Made by a program: the position numbers and the translations under genes. Source: Takakia lepidozioides (taxonomy: Eukaryota > Plantae > Bryophyta). Taken from it: a stretch of DNA of 64,000 nucleotides. Positions 11,901 through 26,900 of this stretch are shown here, piece by piece; position 1 is the stretch's first letter, and each line of letters starts with the position of its first letter. The notes under the pieces were generated by a model. It did no database searches, was not told where the DNA came from, and worked only from the letters and a program-made list of their open reading frames with translations. The stretch covers positions 21,204,001-21,268,000 of the forward strand of contig CM060734.1 of NCBI GenBank assembly GCA_030704615.1, written 5' to 3'.

Positions 11901-14900
11901 TGGGAGCGATCAAATTCATTTGGACCCAAACCACAGTTTCTTCCCTGTTTTGCACTCCAAACTTGATTTGTGTTCTACTTCATGCACTCTTCATAGAGAG
12001 TTCTGCAATAGTGAGCGAAAAAGAGAACACCTTTTTTGGGGGGGCATTTTTGATTGGTCCAAATTTTGGCGGGGGGAGTAGCCGTGGGATGCTGGAAGCC
12101 GCAGAACAAAATTGAGCCAAAAACAAAATCGATACGTGCCAGAAACCCCCACTGAAAGGCAGTGCAAACCTATTTATTGGCTTAAAATAAATTTAAATTC
12201 AATTAAAATGTGGAATGGCTTGAGGGGGGAGCGCGTCGATGGGGAGGCAAATGATTTATTCGTCTGTTGTGTCTCCGCACACGTGTCAAGCACGTGCGGG
12301 CAAAAGAGGGGCTTCAACCACAACCGTTCAATGGGTGCAATAGCCGTGCACGCATTGCAGGATTTCTTTTTCGCATTGAACAAAAACCAGATGACAAGTG
12401 AACGCCTCATTGGACAATGGAACGATTTTCGATTGATCTCGTATTACACTGGGACGTATCAGAGGGTACATTGAACACACTGGCCAAGGTTTGAAAGCGA
12501 ACGAAAATCATTTGGATGGGCAACCATCCGTTGGCCCATTGAACGAATTTCGATTGATCTCATATTACTGGGGCCTCTTACATGGCACATTGAACATAGT
12601 GGCCAAGTCTCAAAGCGAACCAAAATCATTTCGATGGCCAACCATCCGTTGAGCCATCGAATGAATTTTCGATTGATCTGATATTAGTCCGGGACCTGTG
12701 AGAGGGTGTCTGGAACGTGCTGGCAAAGTTTGGAAGCTAACAAAAATGATTTGGATGGGCAACCATCCGTTCACCCGTTGAATGTATTCTGTTGGAGCTG
12801 CTATTGCTTTGGGACCTGTTGGACTGTGTTTCGCGTGCTCACGATTTGTTTTTCATTCCGTTTTTGAATGGGGCGTGTAATGTAGCCATATGCAATGTGC
12901 GTGCCAAATTTGGGAGCGATCAAAATTCATTTGGACCCAAACCACAGTTTCTTCCCTGTTTTGCACTCCAAACTTGATTTGTGTTCTACTTCATGCACTC
13001 TTCATAGAGAGTTCTGCAATAGTGAGCGAAAAGAGAACACCTTTTTTGGGGGGGCATTTTTGATTGGTCCAAATTTTGGCGGGGGAGTAGCCGTGGGATG
13101 CTGGAAGCCGCAGAACAAAATTGAGCCAAAAACAAATCGATACGTGCCAGAAACCCCCACTGAAAGGCAGTGCAAACCTATTTATTGGCTTAAAATAAAT
13201 TTAAATTCAATTAAAATGTGGAATGGCTTGAGGGGGGAGCGCGTCGATGGGGAGGCAAATGATTTATTCGTCTGTTGTGTCTCCGCACACGTGTCAAGCA
13301 CGTGCGGGCAAAAGAGGGGCTTCAACCACAACCGTTCAATGGGTGCAATAGCCGTGCACGCATTGCAGGATTTCTTTTTCGCATTGAACAAAAACCAGAT
13401 GACAAGTGAACGCCTCATTGGACAATGGAACGATTTTCGATTGATCTCGTATTACACTGGGACGTATCAGAGGGTCATTGAACACACTGGCCAAGGTTTG
13501 AAAGCGAACGAAAATCATTTGGATGGGCAACCATCCGTTGGCCCATTGAACGAATTTCGATTGATCTCATATTACTCTGGGGCCTCTTACATGGCACATT
13601 GAACATAGTGGCCAAGTCTCAAAGCGAACCAAAATCATTTCGATGGCCAACCATCCGTTGAGCCATCGAATGAATTTTCGATTGATCTGATATTAGTCCG
13701 GGACCTGTGAGAGGGTGTCTGGAACGTGCTGGCAAAGTTTGGAAGCTAACAAAAATGATTTGGATGGGCAACCATCCGTTCACCCGTTGAATGTATTCTG
13801 TTGGAGCTGCTATTGCTTTGGGACCTGTTGGACTGTGTTTCGCGTGCTCACGATTTGTTTTTCATTCCGTTTTTGAATGGGGCGTGTAATGTAGCCATAT
13901 GCAATGTGCGTGCCAAATTTGGGAGCGATCAAAATTCATTTGGACCCAAACCCACAGTTTCTTCCCCTGTTTTGCACTCCAAACTTGATTTGTGTTCTAC
14001 TTCATGCACTCTTCATAGAGAGTTCTGCAATAGTGAGCGAAAAGAGAACACCTTTTTTGGGGGGGCATTTTTGATTGGTCCAAATTTTGGCGGGGGAGTA
14101 GCCGTGGGATGCTGGAAGCCGCAGAACAAAATTGAGCCAAAAACAAAATCGATACGTGCCAGAAACCCCCCTGAAAGGCAGTGCAAACCTATTTATTGGC
14201 TTAAAATAAATTTAAATTCAATTAAAATGTGGAATGGCTTGAGGGGGGAGCGCGTCGATGGGGAGGCAAATGATTTATTCGTCTGTTGTGTCTCCGCACA
14301 CGTTTCAAGCACGTGCGGGCAAAAGAGGGGCTTCAACCACAACCGTTCAATGGGTGCAATAGCCGTGCACGCATTGCAGGATTTCTTTTTCGCATTGAAC
14401 AAAAACCAGATGACAAGTGAACGCCTCATTGGACAATGGAACGATTTTCGATTGATCTCGTATTACACTGGGACGTATCAGAGGGTACATTGAACACACT
14501 GGCCAAGGTTTGAAAGCGAACGAAAATCATTTGGATGGGCAACCATCCGTTGGCCCATTGAACGAATTTCGATTGATCTCATATTACTCTGGGGCCTCTT
14601 ACATGGCACATTGAACATAGTGGCCAAGTCTCAAAGCGAACCAAAATCATTTCGATGGCCAACCATCCGTTGAGCCATCGAATGAATTTTCGATTGATCT
14701 GATATTAGTCCGGGACCTGTGAGAGGGTGTCTGGAACGTGCTGGCAAAGTTTGGAAGCTAACAAAAATGATTTGGATGGGCAACCATCCGTTCACCCGTT
14801 GAATGTATTCTGTTGGAGCTGCTATTGCTTTGGGACCTGTTGGACTGTGTTTCGCGTGCTCACGATTTGTTTTTCATTCCGTTTTTGAATGGGGCGTGTA

Positions 14901-17900
14901 ATGTAGCCATATGCAATGTGCGTGCCAAATTTGGGAGCGATCAAATTCATTTGGACCCAAAACCACAGTTTCTTCCCTGTTTTGCACTCCAAACTTGATT
15001 TGTGTTCTACTTCATGCACTCTTCATAGAGAGTTCTGCAATAGTGAGCGAAAAGAGAACACCTTTTTGGGGGGGGGCATTTTTGATTGGTCCAAATTTTG
15101 GCGGGGGAGTAGCCGTGGGATGCTGGAAGCCGCAGAACAAAATTGAGCCAAAAACAAAATCGATACGTGCCAGAAACCCCCACTGAAAGGCAGTGCAAAC
15201 CTATTTATTGGCTTAAAATAAATTTAAATTCAATTAAAATGTGGAATGGCTTGAGGGGGGAGCGCGTCGATGGGGAGGCAAATGATTTATTCGTCTGTTG
15301 TGTCTCCGCACACGTGTCAAGCACGTGCGGGCAAAAGGGGCTTCAACCACAACCGTTCAATGGGTGCAATAGCCGTGCACGCATTGCAGGATTTCTTTTT
15401 CGCATTGAACAAAAACCAGATGACAAGTGAACGCCTCATTGGACAATGGAACGATTTTCGATTGATCTCGTATTACACTGGGACGTATCAGAGGGTACAT
15501 TGAACACACTGGCCAAGGTTTGAAAGCGAACGAAATCATTTGGATGGGCAACCATCCGTTGGCCCATTGAACGAATTTCGATTGATCTCATATTACTCTG
15601 GGGCCTCTTACATGGCACATTGAACATAGTGGCCAAGTCTCAAAGCGAACCAAAATCATTTCGATGGCCAACCATCCGTTGAGCCATCGAATGAATTTTC
15701 GATTGATCTGATATTAGTCCGGGACCTGTGAGAGGGTGTCTGGAACGTGCTGGCAAAGTTTGGAAGCTAACAAAAATGATTTGGATGGGCAACCATCCGT
15801 TCACCCGTTGAATGTATTCTGTTGGAGCTGCTATTGCTTTGGGACCTGTTGGACTGTGTTTCGCGTGCTCACGATTTGTTTTTCATTCCGTTTTTGAATG
15901 GGGCGTGTAATGTAGCCATATGCAATGTGCGTGCCAATTTGGGAGCGATCAAATTCATTTGGACCCAAAACCACAGTTTCTTCCCTGTTTTGCACTCCAA
16001 ACTTGATTTGTGTTCTACTTCATGCACTCTTCATAGAGAGTTCTGCAATAGTGAGCGAAAAGAGAACACCTTTTTTGGGGGGGCATTTTTGATTGGTCCA
16101 AATTTTGGCGGGGGAGTAGCCGTGGGATGCTGGAAGCCGCAGAACAAAATTGAGCCAAAAACAAAATCGATACGTGCCAGAAACCCCCACTGAAAGGCAG
16201 TGCAAACCTATTTATTGGCTTAAAATAAATTTAAATTCAATTAAAAATGTGGAATGGCTTGAGGGGGGAGCGCGTCGATGGGGAGGCAAATGATTTATTC
16301 GTCTGTTGTGTCTCCCGCACACGTGTTCAAGCACGTGCGGGCAAAAGAGGGGCTTCAACCACAACCGTTCAATGGGTGCAATAGCCGTGCACGCATTGCA
16401 GGATTTCTTTTTCGCATTGAACAAAAACCAGATGACAAGTGAACGCCTCATTGGACAATGGAACGATTTTCGATTGATCTCGTATTACACTGGGACGTAT
16501 CAGAGGGTACATTGAACACACTGGCCAAGGTTTGAAAGCGAACGAAAATCATTTGGATGGGCAACCATCCGTTGGCCCATTGAACGAATTTCGATTGATC
16601 TCATATTACTCTGGGGCCTCTTACATGGCACATTGAACATAGTGGCCAAGTCTCAAAGCGAACCAAAATCATTTCGATGGCCAACCATCCGTTGAGCCAT
16701 CGAATGAATTTTCGATTGATCTGATATTAGTCCGGGACCTGTGAGAGGGTGTCTGGAACGTGCTGGCAAAGTTTGGAAGCTAACAAAAATGATTTGGATG
16801 GGCAACCATCCGTTCACCCGTTGAATGTATTCTGTTGGAGCTGCTATTGCTTTGGGACCTGTTGGACTGTGTTTCGCGTGCTCACGATTTGTTTTTCATT
16901 CCGTTTTTGAATGGGGCGTGTAATGTAGCCATATGCAATGTGCGTGCCAAATTTGGGAGCGATCAAAATTCATTTGGACCCAAAACCACAGTTTCTTCCC
17001 TGTTTTGCACTCCAAACTTGATTTGGCGTTCTACTTCATGCACTCTTCATAGAGAGTTCTGCAATAGTGAGCGAAAAGAGAACACCTTTTTTGGGGGGGC
17101 ATTTTGATTGGTCCAAATTTTGGCGGGGGAGTAGCCGTGGGATGCTGGAAGCCGCAGAACAAAATTGAGCCAAAAACAAAATCGATACGTGCCAGAAACC
17201 CCCACTGAAAGGCAGTGCAAACCTATTTATTGGCTTAAAATAATTTAAATTCAATTAAATGTGGAATGGCTTGAGGGGGGAGCGCGTCGATGGGGAGGCA
17301 AATGATTTATTCGTCTGTTGTGTCTCCGCACACGTGTCGCAGCACGTGCGGGCAAAAGAGGGGCTTCAACCACAACCGTTCAATGGGTGCAATAGCCGTG
17401 CACGCATTGCAGGATTTCTTTTTCGCATTGAACAAAAACCAGATGACAAGTGAACGCCTCATTGGACAATGGAACGATTTTCGATTGATCTCGTATTACA
17501 CTGGGACGTATCAGGGGTACATTGAACACACTGGCCAAGGTTTGAAAGCGAACGAAAATCATTTGGATGGGCAACCATCCGTTGGCCCATTGAACGAATT
17601 TCGATTGATCTCATATTACTCTGGGGCCTCTTACATGGCACATTGAACATAGTGGCCAAGTCTCAAAGCGAACCAAAATCATTTCGATGGCCAACCATCC
17701 GTTGAGCCATCGAATGAATTTTCGATTGATCTGATATTAGTCCGGGACCTGTGAGAGGGTGTCTGGAACGTGCTGGCAAAGTTTGGAAGCTAACAAAAAT
17801 GATTTGGATGGGCAACCATCCGTTCACCCGTTGAATGTATTCTGTTGGAGCTGCTATTGCTTTGGGACCTGTTGGACTGTGTTTCGCGTGCTCACGATTT

Positions 17901-20900
17901 GTTTTTCATTCCGTTTTTGAATGGGGCGTGTAATGTAGCCATATGCAATGTGCGTGCCAAATTTGGGAGCGATCAAAATTCATTTGGACCCAAAACCACA
18001 GTTTCTTCCCTGTTTTGCACTCCAAACTTGATTTGTGTTCTACTTCATGCACTCTTCATAGAGAGTTCTGCAATAGTGAGCGAAAAAGAGAACACCTTTT
18101 TTGGGGGGGCATTTTTGATTGGTCCAAATTTTGGCGGGGGAGTAGCCGTGGGATGCTGGAAGCCGCAGAACAAAATTGAGCCAAAACAAAATCGATACGT
18201 GCCAGAAACCCCCACTGAAAGGCAGTGCAAACCTATTTATTGGCTTAAAATAAATTTAAATTCAATTAAAATGTGGAATGGCTTGAGGGGGGAGCGCGTC
18301 GATGGGGAGGCAAATGATTTATTCGTCTGTTGTGTCTCCGCACACGTGTCAAGCACGTGCGGGCAAAAGAGGGGCTTCAACCACAACCGTTCAATGGGTG
18401 CAATAGCCGTGCACGCATTGCAGGATTTCTTTTTCGCATTGAACAAAACCAGATGACAAGTGAACGCCTCATTGGACAATGGAACGATTTTCGATTGATC
18501 TCGTATTACACTGGGACGTATCAGAGGGTACATTGAACACACTGGCCAAGGTTTGAAAGCGAACGAAAATCATTTGGATGGGCAACCATCCGTTGGCCCA
18601 TTGAACGAATTTCGATTGATCTCATATTACTCTGGGGCCTCTTACATGGCACATTGAACATAGTGGCCAAGTCTCAAAGCGAACCAAAATCATTTCGATG
18701 GCCAACCATCCGTTGAGCCATCGAATGAATTTTCGATTGATCTGATATTAGTCCGGGACCTGTGAGAGGGTGTCTGGAACGTGCTGGCAAAGTTTGGAAG
18801 CTAACAAAAATGATTTGGATGGGCAACCATCCGTTCACCCGTTGAATGTATTCTGTTGGAGCTGCTATTGCTTTGGGACCTGTTGGACTGTGTTTCGCGT
18901 GCTCACGATTTTTTTTCATTCCGTTTTTGAATGGGGCGTGTAATGTAGCCATATGCAATGTGCGTGCCAAATTTGGGAGCGATCAAAATTCATTTGGACC
19001 CAAAACCACAGTTTCTTCCCTGTTTTGCACTCCAAACTTGATTTGTGTTCTACTTCATGCACTCTTCATAGAGAGTTCTGCAATAGTGAGCGAAAAGAGA
19101 ACACCTTTTTTGGGGGGGCATTTTTGATTGGTCCAAATTTTGGCGGGGGAGTAGCCGTGGGATGCTGGAAGCCGCAGAACAAAATTGAGCCAAAAACAAA
19201 TCGATACGTGCCAGAAACCCCCACTGAAAGGCAGTGCAAACCTATTTATTGGCTTAAAATAAATTTAAATTCAATTAAAAATGTGGAATGGCTTGAGGGG
19301 GAGCGCGTCGATGGGGAGGCAAATGATTTATTCGTCTGTTGTGTCTCCGCACACGTGTTCAAGCACGTGCGGGCAAAAGAGGGGCTTCAACCACAACCGT
19401 TCAATGGGTGCAATAGCCGTGCACGCATTGCAGGATTTCTTTTTCGCATTGAACAAAAACCAGATGACAAGTGAACGCCTCATTGGACAATGGAACGATT
19501 TTCGATTGATCTCGTATTACACTGGGACGTATCAGAGGGTACATTGAACACACTGGCCAAGGTTTGAAAGCGAACGAAAATCATTTGGATGGGCAACCAT
19601 CCGTTGGCCCATTGAACGAATTTCGATTGATCTCATATTACTCTGGGGCCTCTTACATGGCACAACATAGTGGCCAAGTCTCAAAGCGAACCAAAATCAT
19701 TTCGATGGCCAACCATCCGTTGAGCCATCGAATGAATTTTCGATTGATCTGATATTAGTCCGGGACCTGTGAGAGGGTGTCTGGAACGTGCTGGCAAAGT
19801 TTGGAAGCTAACAAAAATGATTTGGATGGGCAACCATCCGTTCACCCGTTGAATGTATTCTGTTGGAGCTGCTATTGCTTTGGGACCTGTTGGACTGTGT
19901 TTCGCGTGCTCACGATTTGTTTTTCATTCCGTTTTTGAATGGGCGTGTAATGTAGCCATATGCAATGTGCGTGCCAAATTTGGGAGCGATCAAAATTCAT
20001 TTGGACCAAAACCACAGTTTCTTCCCTGTTTTGCACTCCAAACTTGATTTGTTCTACTTCATGCACTCTTCATAGAGAGTTCTGCAATAGTGAGCGAAAA
20101 GAGAACACCTTTTTTGGGGGGGCATTTTTGATTGGTCCAAATTTTGGCGGGGGAGTAGCCGTGGGATGCTGGAAGCCGCAGAACAAAATTGAGCCAAAAA
20201 CAAAATCGATACGTGCCAGAAACCCCCACTGAAAGGCAGTGCAAACCTATTTATTGGCTTAAAATAAATTTAAATTCAATTAAAATGTGGAATGGCTTGA
20301 GGGGGGAGCGCGTCGATGGGGAGGCAAATGATTTATTCGTCTGTTGTGTCTCCGCACACGTGTTCAAGCACGTGCGGGCAAAAGAGGGGCTTCAACCACA
20401 ACCGTTCAATGGGTGCAATAGCCGTGCACGCATTGCAGGATTTCTTTTTCGCATTGAACAAAAACCAGATGACAAGTGAACGCCTCATTGGACAATGGAA
20501 CGATTTTCGATTGATCTCGTATTACACTGGGACGTATCAGAGGGTACATTGAACACACTGGCCAAGGTTTGAAAGCGAACGAAAATCATTTGGATGGGCA
20601 ACCATCCGTTGGCCATTGAACGAATTTCGATTGATCTCATATTACTCTGGGGCCTCTTACATGGCACATTGAACATAGTGGCCAAGTCTCAAGCGAACCA
20701 AAATCATTTCGATGGCCAACCATCCGTTGAGCCATCGAATGAATTTTCGATTGATCTGATATTAGTCCGGGACCTGTGAGAGGGTGTCTGGAACGTGCTG
20801 GCAAAGTTTGGAAGCTAACAAAAATGATTTGGATGGGCAACCATCCGTTCACCCGTTGAATGTATTCTGTTGGAGCTGCTATTGCTTTGGGACCTGTTGG

Positions 20901-23900
20901 ACTGTGTTTCGCGTGCTCACGATTTGTTTTTCATTCCGTTTTTGAATGGGGCGTGTAATGTAGCCATATGCAATGTGCGTGCCAATTTGGGAGCGATCAA
21001 AATTCATTTGGACCCAAACCACAGTTTCTTCCCTGTTTTGCACTCCAAACTTGATTTGATTTTCCCACCCCTCTGCAGATTTTTCGATTGATCTCATATT
21101 ACACATGGGGGCCAAGTCTCAAAGCAACCAATCATTTCGATGGCCAACCATCCGTTGAGCCATCGAATGAATTTTCGATGATCTGATATTAGTCCGGGAC
21201 CTGTGAGAGGGTGTCTGGAACGTGCTGGGTTTGGAAGCTAACAAAAATGATTTGGATGGGCAACCATCCGTTCACCCGTTGAATGTATTCTGTTGGAGCT
21301 GCTATTGCTTTGGGACCTGTTGGACTGTGTTTCGCGTGCTCACGATTTGTTTTTCATCCGTTTTTGAATGGGGCGTGTAATGTAGCCATGCAATGTGCGT
21401 GCCAAATTTGGGAGCGATCAAAATTTTGGACCCAAACCACAGTTTCTTCCCTGTTTTGCACTCCAAACTTGATTTGTGTTCTACTTCATGCACTCTTCAT
21501 AGAGAGTTCTGCAATAGTGAGCGAAAATTTTTTGGGGGGGCATTTTTGATTGGTCCAAATTTTGGCGGGGGAGTAGCCGTGGGATGCTGGAAGCCGCAGA
21601 ACAAATTGAGCCAAAACAAAATCGATACGTGCCAGAAACCCCCACTGAAAGGCAGTGCAAACCTATTTATTGGCTTAAAATAAATTTAAATTCAATTAAA
21701 AATGTGGAATGGCTTGAGGGGGGAGCGCGTCGATGGGGAGGCAAATGATTTATTCGTCTGTTGTGTCTCCGCACACGTGTTCAAGCACGTGCGGGCAAAA
21801 GAGGGGCTTCAACCACAACCGTTCAATGGGTGCAATAGCCGTGCACGCATTGCAGGATTTCTTTTTCGCATTGAAAAAAAACCAGATGACAAGTGAACGC
21901 CTCATTGGACAATGGAACGATTTTCGATTGATCTCGTATTACACTGGGACGTATCAGAGGGTACATTGAACACTGGCCAAGGTTTGAAAGCGAACGAAAA
22001 TCATTTGGATGGGCAACCATCCGTTGGCCCATTGAACGAATTTCGATTGATCTCATATTACCCTGGGGCCTCTTACATGGCACATTGAACATAGTGGCCA
22101 AGTCTCAAAGCGAACCAAAATCATTTCGATGGCCAACCATCCGTTGAGCCATCGAATGAATTTTCGATTGATCTGATATTAGTCCGGGACCTGTGAGAGG
22201 GTGTCTGGAACGTGCTGGCAAAGTTTGGAAGCTAACAAAAATGATTTGGATGGGCAACCATCCGTTCACCCGTTGAATGTATTCTGTTGGAGCTGCTATT
22301 GCTTTGGGACCTGTTGGACTGTGTTTCGCGTGCTCACGATTTGTTTTTCATTCCGTTTTTGAATGGGGCGTGTAATGTAGCCATATGCAATGTGCGTGCC
22401 AAATTTGGGAGCGATCAAAATTCATTTGGACCCAAAACCACAGTTTCTTCCCTGTTTTGCACTCCAAACTTGATTTGTGTTCTACTTCATGCACTCTTCA
22501 TAGAGAGTTCTGCAATAGTGAGCGAAAAGAGAACACCTTTTTTGGGGGGGCATTTTTGATTGGTCCAAATTTTGGCGGGGGAGTAGCCGTGGGATGCTGG
22601 AAGCCGCAGAACAAAATTGAGCCAAAAACAAATCGATACGTGCCAGAAACCCCCACTGAAAGGCAGTGCAAACCTATTTATTGGCTTAAAATAAATTTAA
22701 ATTCAATTAAAAATGTGGAATGGCTTGAGGGGGGAGCGCGTCGATGGGGAGGCAAATGATTTATTCGTCTGTTGTGTCTCCGCACACGTGTTCAAGCACG
22801 TGCGGGCAAAAGAGGGGCTTCAACCACAACCGTTCAATGGGTGCAATAGCCGTGCACGCATTGCAGGATTTCTTTTTCGCATTGAACAAAAACCAGATGA
22901 CAAGTGAACGCCTCATTGGACAATGGAACGATTTTCGATTGATCTCGTATTACACTGGGACGTATCAGAGGGTACATTGAACACACTGGCCAAGGTTTGA
23001 AAGCGAACGAAATCATTTGGATGGGCAACCATCCGTTGGCCCATTGAACGAATTTCGATTGATCTCATATTACTCTGGGGCCTCTTACATGGCACATTGA
23101 ACATAGTGGCCAAGTCTCAAAGCGAACCAAAATCATTTCGATGGCCAACCATCCGTTGAGCCATCGAATGAATTTTCGATTGATCTGATATTAGTCCGGG
23201 ACCTGTGAGAGGGTGTCTGGAACGTGCTGGCAAAGTTTGGAAGCTAACAAAAATGATTTGGATGGGCAACCATCCGTTCACCCGTTGAATGTATTCTGTT
23301 GGAGCTGCTATTGCTTTGGGACCTGTTGGACTGTGTTTCGCGTGCTCACGATTTGTTTTTCATTCCGTTTTTGAATGGGGCGTGTAATGTAGCCATATGC
23401 AATGTGCGTGCCAAATTTGGGAGCGATCAAATTCATTTGGACCCAAAACCACAGTTTCTTCCCTGTTTTGCACTCCAAACTTGATTTGTGTTCTACTTCA
23501 TGCACTCTTCATAGAGAGTTCTGCAATAGTGAGCGAAAAGAGAACACCTTTTTTGGGGGGGCATTTTTGATTGGTCCAAATTTTGGCGGGGGAGTAGCCG
23601 TGGGATGCTGGAAGCCGCAGAACAAAATTGAGCCAAAACAAAAAATCGATACGTGCCAGAAACCCCCACTGAAAGGCAGTGCAAACCTATTTATTGGCTT
23701 AAAATAAATTTAAATTCAATTAAAAATGTGGAATGCTTGAGGGGGGAGCGCGTCGATGGGGAGGCAAATGATTTATTCGTCTGTTGTGTCTCCGCACACG
23801 TGTTCAAGCACGTGCGGGCAAAAGAGGGGCTTCAACCACAACCGTTCAATGGGTGCAATCCGTGCACGCATTGCAGGATTTCTTTTTCGCATTGAACAAA

Positions 23901-26900
23901 AACCAGATGACAAGTGAACGCCTCATTGGACAATGGAACGATTTTCGATTGATCTCGTATTACACTGGGACGTATCAGAGGGTACATTGAACACACTGGC
24001 CAAGGTTTGAAAGCGAACGAAATCATTTGGATGGGCAACCATCCGTTGGCCCATTGAACGAATTTCGATTGATCTCATATTACTCTGGGGCCTCTTACAT
24101 GGCACATTGAACATAGTGGCCAAGTCTCAAAGCGAACCAAAATCATTTCGATGGCCAACCATCCGTTGAGCCATCGAATGAATTTCGATTGATCTGATAT
24201 TAGTCCGGGACCTGTGAGAGGGTGTCTGGAACGTGCTGGCAAAGTTTGGAAGCTAACAAAAATGATTTGGATGGGCAACCATCCGTTCACCCGTTGAATG
24301 TATTCTGTTGGAGCTGCTATTGCTTTGGGACCTGTTGGACTGTGTTTCGCGTGCTCACGATTTGTTTTTCATTCCGTTTTTGAATGGGCGGTGTAATGTA
24401 GCCATATGCAATGTGCGTGCCAAATTTGGGAGCGATCAAATTCATTTGGACCCAAAACCACAGTTTCTTCCCTGTTTTGCACTCCAAACTTGATTTGTGT
24501 TCTACTTCATGCACTCTTCATAGAGAGTTCTGCAATAGTGAGCGAAAAAGAGAACACCTTTTTTGGGGGGGCATTTTTGATTGGTCCAAATTTTGGCGGG
24601 GGAGTAGCCGTGGGATGCTGGAAGCCGCAGAACAAAATTGAGCCAAAAACAAAATCGATACGTGCCAGAAACCCCCACTGAAAGGCAGTGCAAACCTATT
24701 TATTGGCTTAAAATAAATTTAAATTCAATTAAAAATGTGGAATGGCTTGAGGGGGGAGCGCGTCGATGGGGAGGCAAATGATTTATTCGTCTGTTGTGTC
24801 TCCGCACACATGTTCAAGCACGTGCGGGCAAAAGAGGGGCTTCAACCACAACCGTTCAATGGGTGCAATAGCCGTGCACGCATTGCAGGATTTCTTTTTC
24901 GCATTGAACAAAAACCAGATGACAAGTGAACGCCTCATTGGACAATGGAACGATTTTCGATTGATCTCGTATTACACTGGGACGTATCAGAGGGTACATT
25001 GAACACACTGGCCAAGGTTTGAAAGCGAACGAAAATCATTTGGATGGGCAACCATCCGTTGGCCCATTGAACGAATTTCGATTGATCTCATATTACTCTG
25101 GGGCCTCTTACATGGCACATTGAACATAGTGGCCAAGTCTCAAAGCGAACCAAATCATTTCGATGGCCAACCATCCGTTGAGCCATCGAATGAATTTTCG
25201 ATTGATCTGATATTAGTCCGGGACCTGTGAGAGGGTGTCTGGAACGTGCTGGCAAAGTTTGGAAGCTAACAAAAATGATTTGGATGGGCAACCATCCGTT
25301 CACCCGTTGAATGTATTCTGTTGGAGCTGCTATTGCTTTGGGACCTGTTGGACTGTGTTTCGCGTGCTCACGATTTGTTTTTCATTCCGTTTTTGAATGG
25401 GGCGTGTAATGTAGCCATATGCAATGTGCGTGCCAAATTTGGGAGCGATCAAAATTCATTTGGACCCAAAACCACAGTTTCTTCCCTGTTTTGCACTCCA
25501 AACTTGATTTGTGTTCTACTTCATGCACTCTTCATAGAGAGTTCTGCAATAGTGAGCGAAAAGAGAACACCTTTTTTGGGGGGGCATTTTTGATTGGTCC
25601 AAATTTTGGCGGGGGAGTAGCCGTGGGATGCTGGAAGCCGCAGAACAAAATTGAGCCAAAAACAAAATCGATACGTGCCAGAAACCCCCACTGAAAAGGC
25701 AGTGCAAACCTATTTATTGGCTTAAAATAATTTAAATTCAATTAAAAATGTGGAATGGCTTGAGGGGGAGCGCGTCGATGGGGAGGCAAATGATTTATTC
25801 GTCTGTTGTGTCTCCGCACACGTGTCAGCACGTGCGGGCAAAAGAGGGGCTTCAACCACAACCGTTCAATGGGTGCAATAGCCGTGCACGCATTGCAGGA
25901 TTTCTTTTTCGCATTGAACAAAAACCAGATGACAAAACGCCTCATTGGACAATGGAACGATTTTCGATTGATCTCGTATTACACTGGGACGTATCAGAGG
26001 GTACATTGAACACACTGGCCAAGGTTTGAAAGCGAACGAAAATCATTTGGATGGGCAACCATCCGTTGGCCCATTGAACGAATTTCGATTGATCTCATAT
26101 TACTGGGGCCTCTTACATGGCACATTGAACATAGTGGCCAAGTCTCAAAGCGAACCAAAATCATTTCGATGGCCAACCATCCGTTGAGCCATCGAATGAA
26201 TTTTCGATTGATCTGATATTAGTCCGGGACCTGTGAGAGGGTGTCTGGAACGTGCTGGCAAAGTTTGGAAGCTAACAAAAATGATTTGGATGGGCAACCA
26301 TCCGTTCACCCGTTGAATGTATTCTGTTGGAGCTGCTATTGCTTTGGGACCTGTTGGACTGTGTTTCGCGTGCTCACGATTTGTTTTTCATTCCGTTTTT
26401 GAATGGGGCGTGTAATGTAGCCATATGCAATGTGCGTGCCAAATTTGGGAGCGATCAAAATTCATTTGGACCCAAAACCACAGTTTCTTCCCTGTTTTGC
26501 ACTCCAAACTTGATTTGGCGTTCTACTTCATGCACTCTTCATAGAGAGTTCTGCAATAGTGAGCGAAAAGAGAACACCTTTTTTGGGGGGGCATTTTTGA
26601 TTGGTCCAAATTTTGGCGGGGGAGTAGCCGTGGGATGCTGGAAGCCGCAGAACAAAATTGAGCCAAAAACAAATCGATACGTGCCAGAAACCCCCACTGA
26701 AAGGCAGTGCAAACCTATTTATTGGCTTAAAATAAATTTAAATTCAATTAAAATGTGGAATGGCTTGAGGGGGGAGCGCGTCGATGGGGAGGCAAATGAT
26801 TTATTCGTCTGTTGTGTCTCCGCACACGTGTTCAAGCACGTGCGGGCAAAAGGGGCTTCAACCACAACCGTTCAATGGGTGCAATAGCCGTGCACGCATT

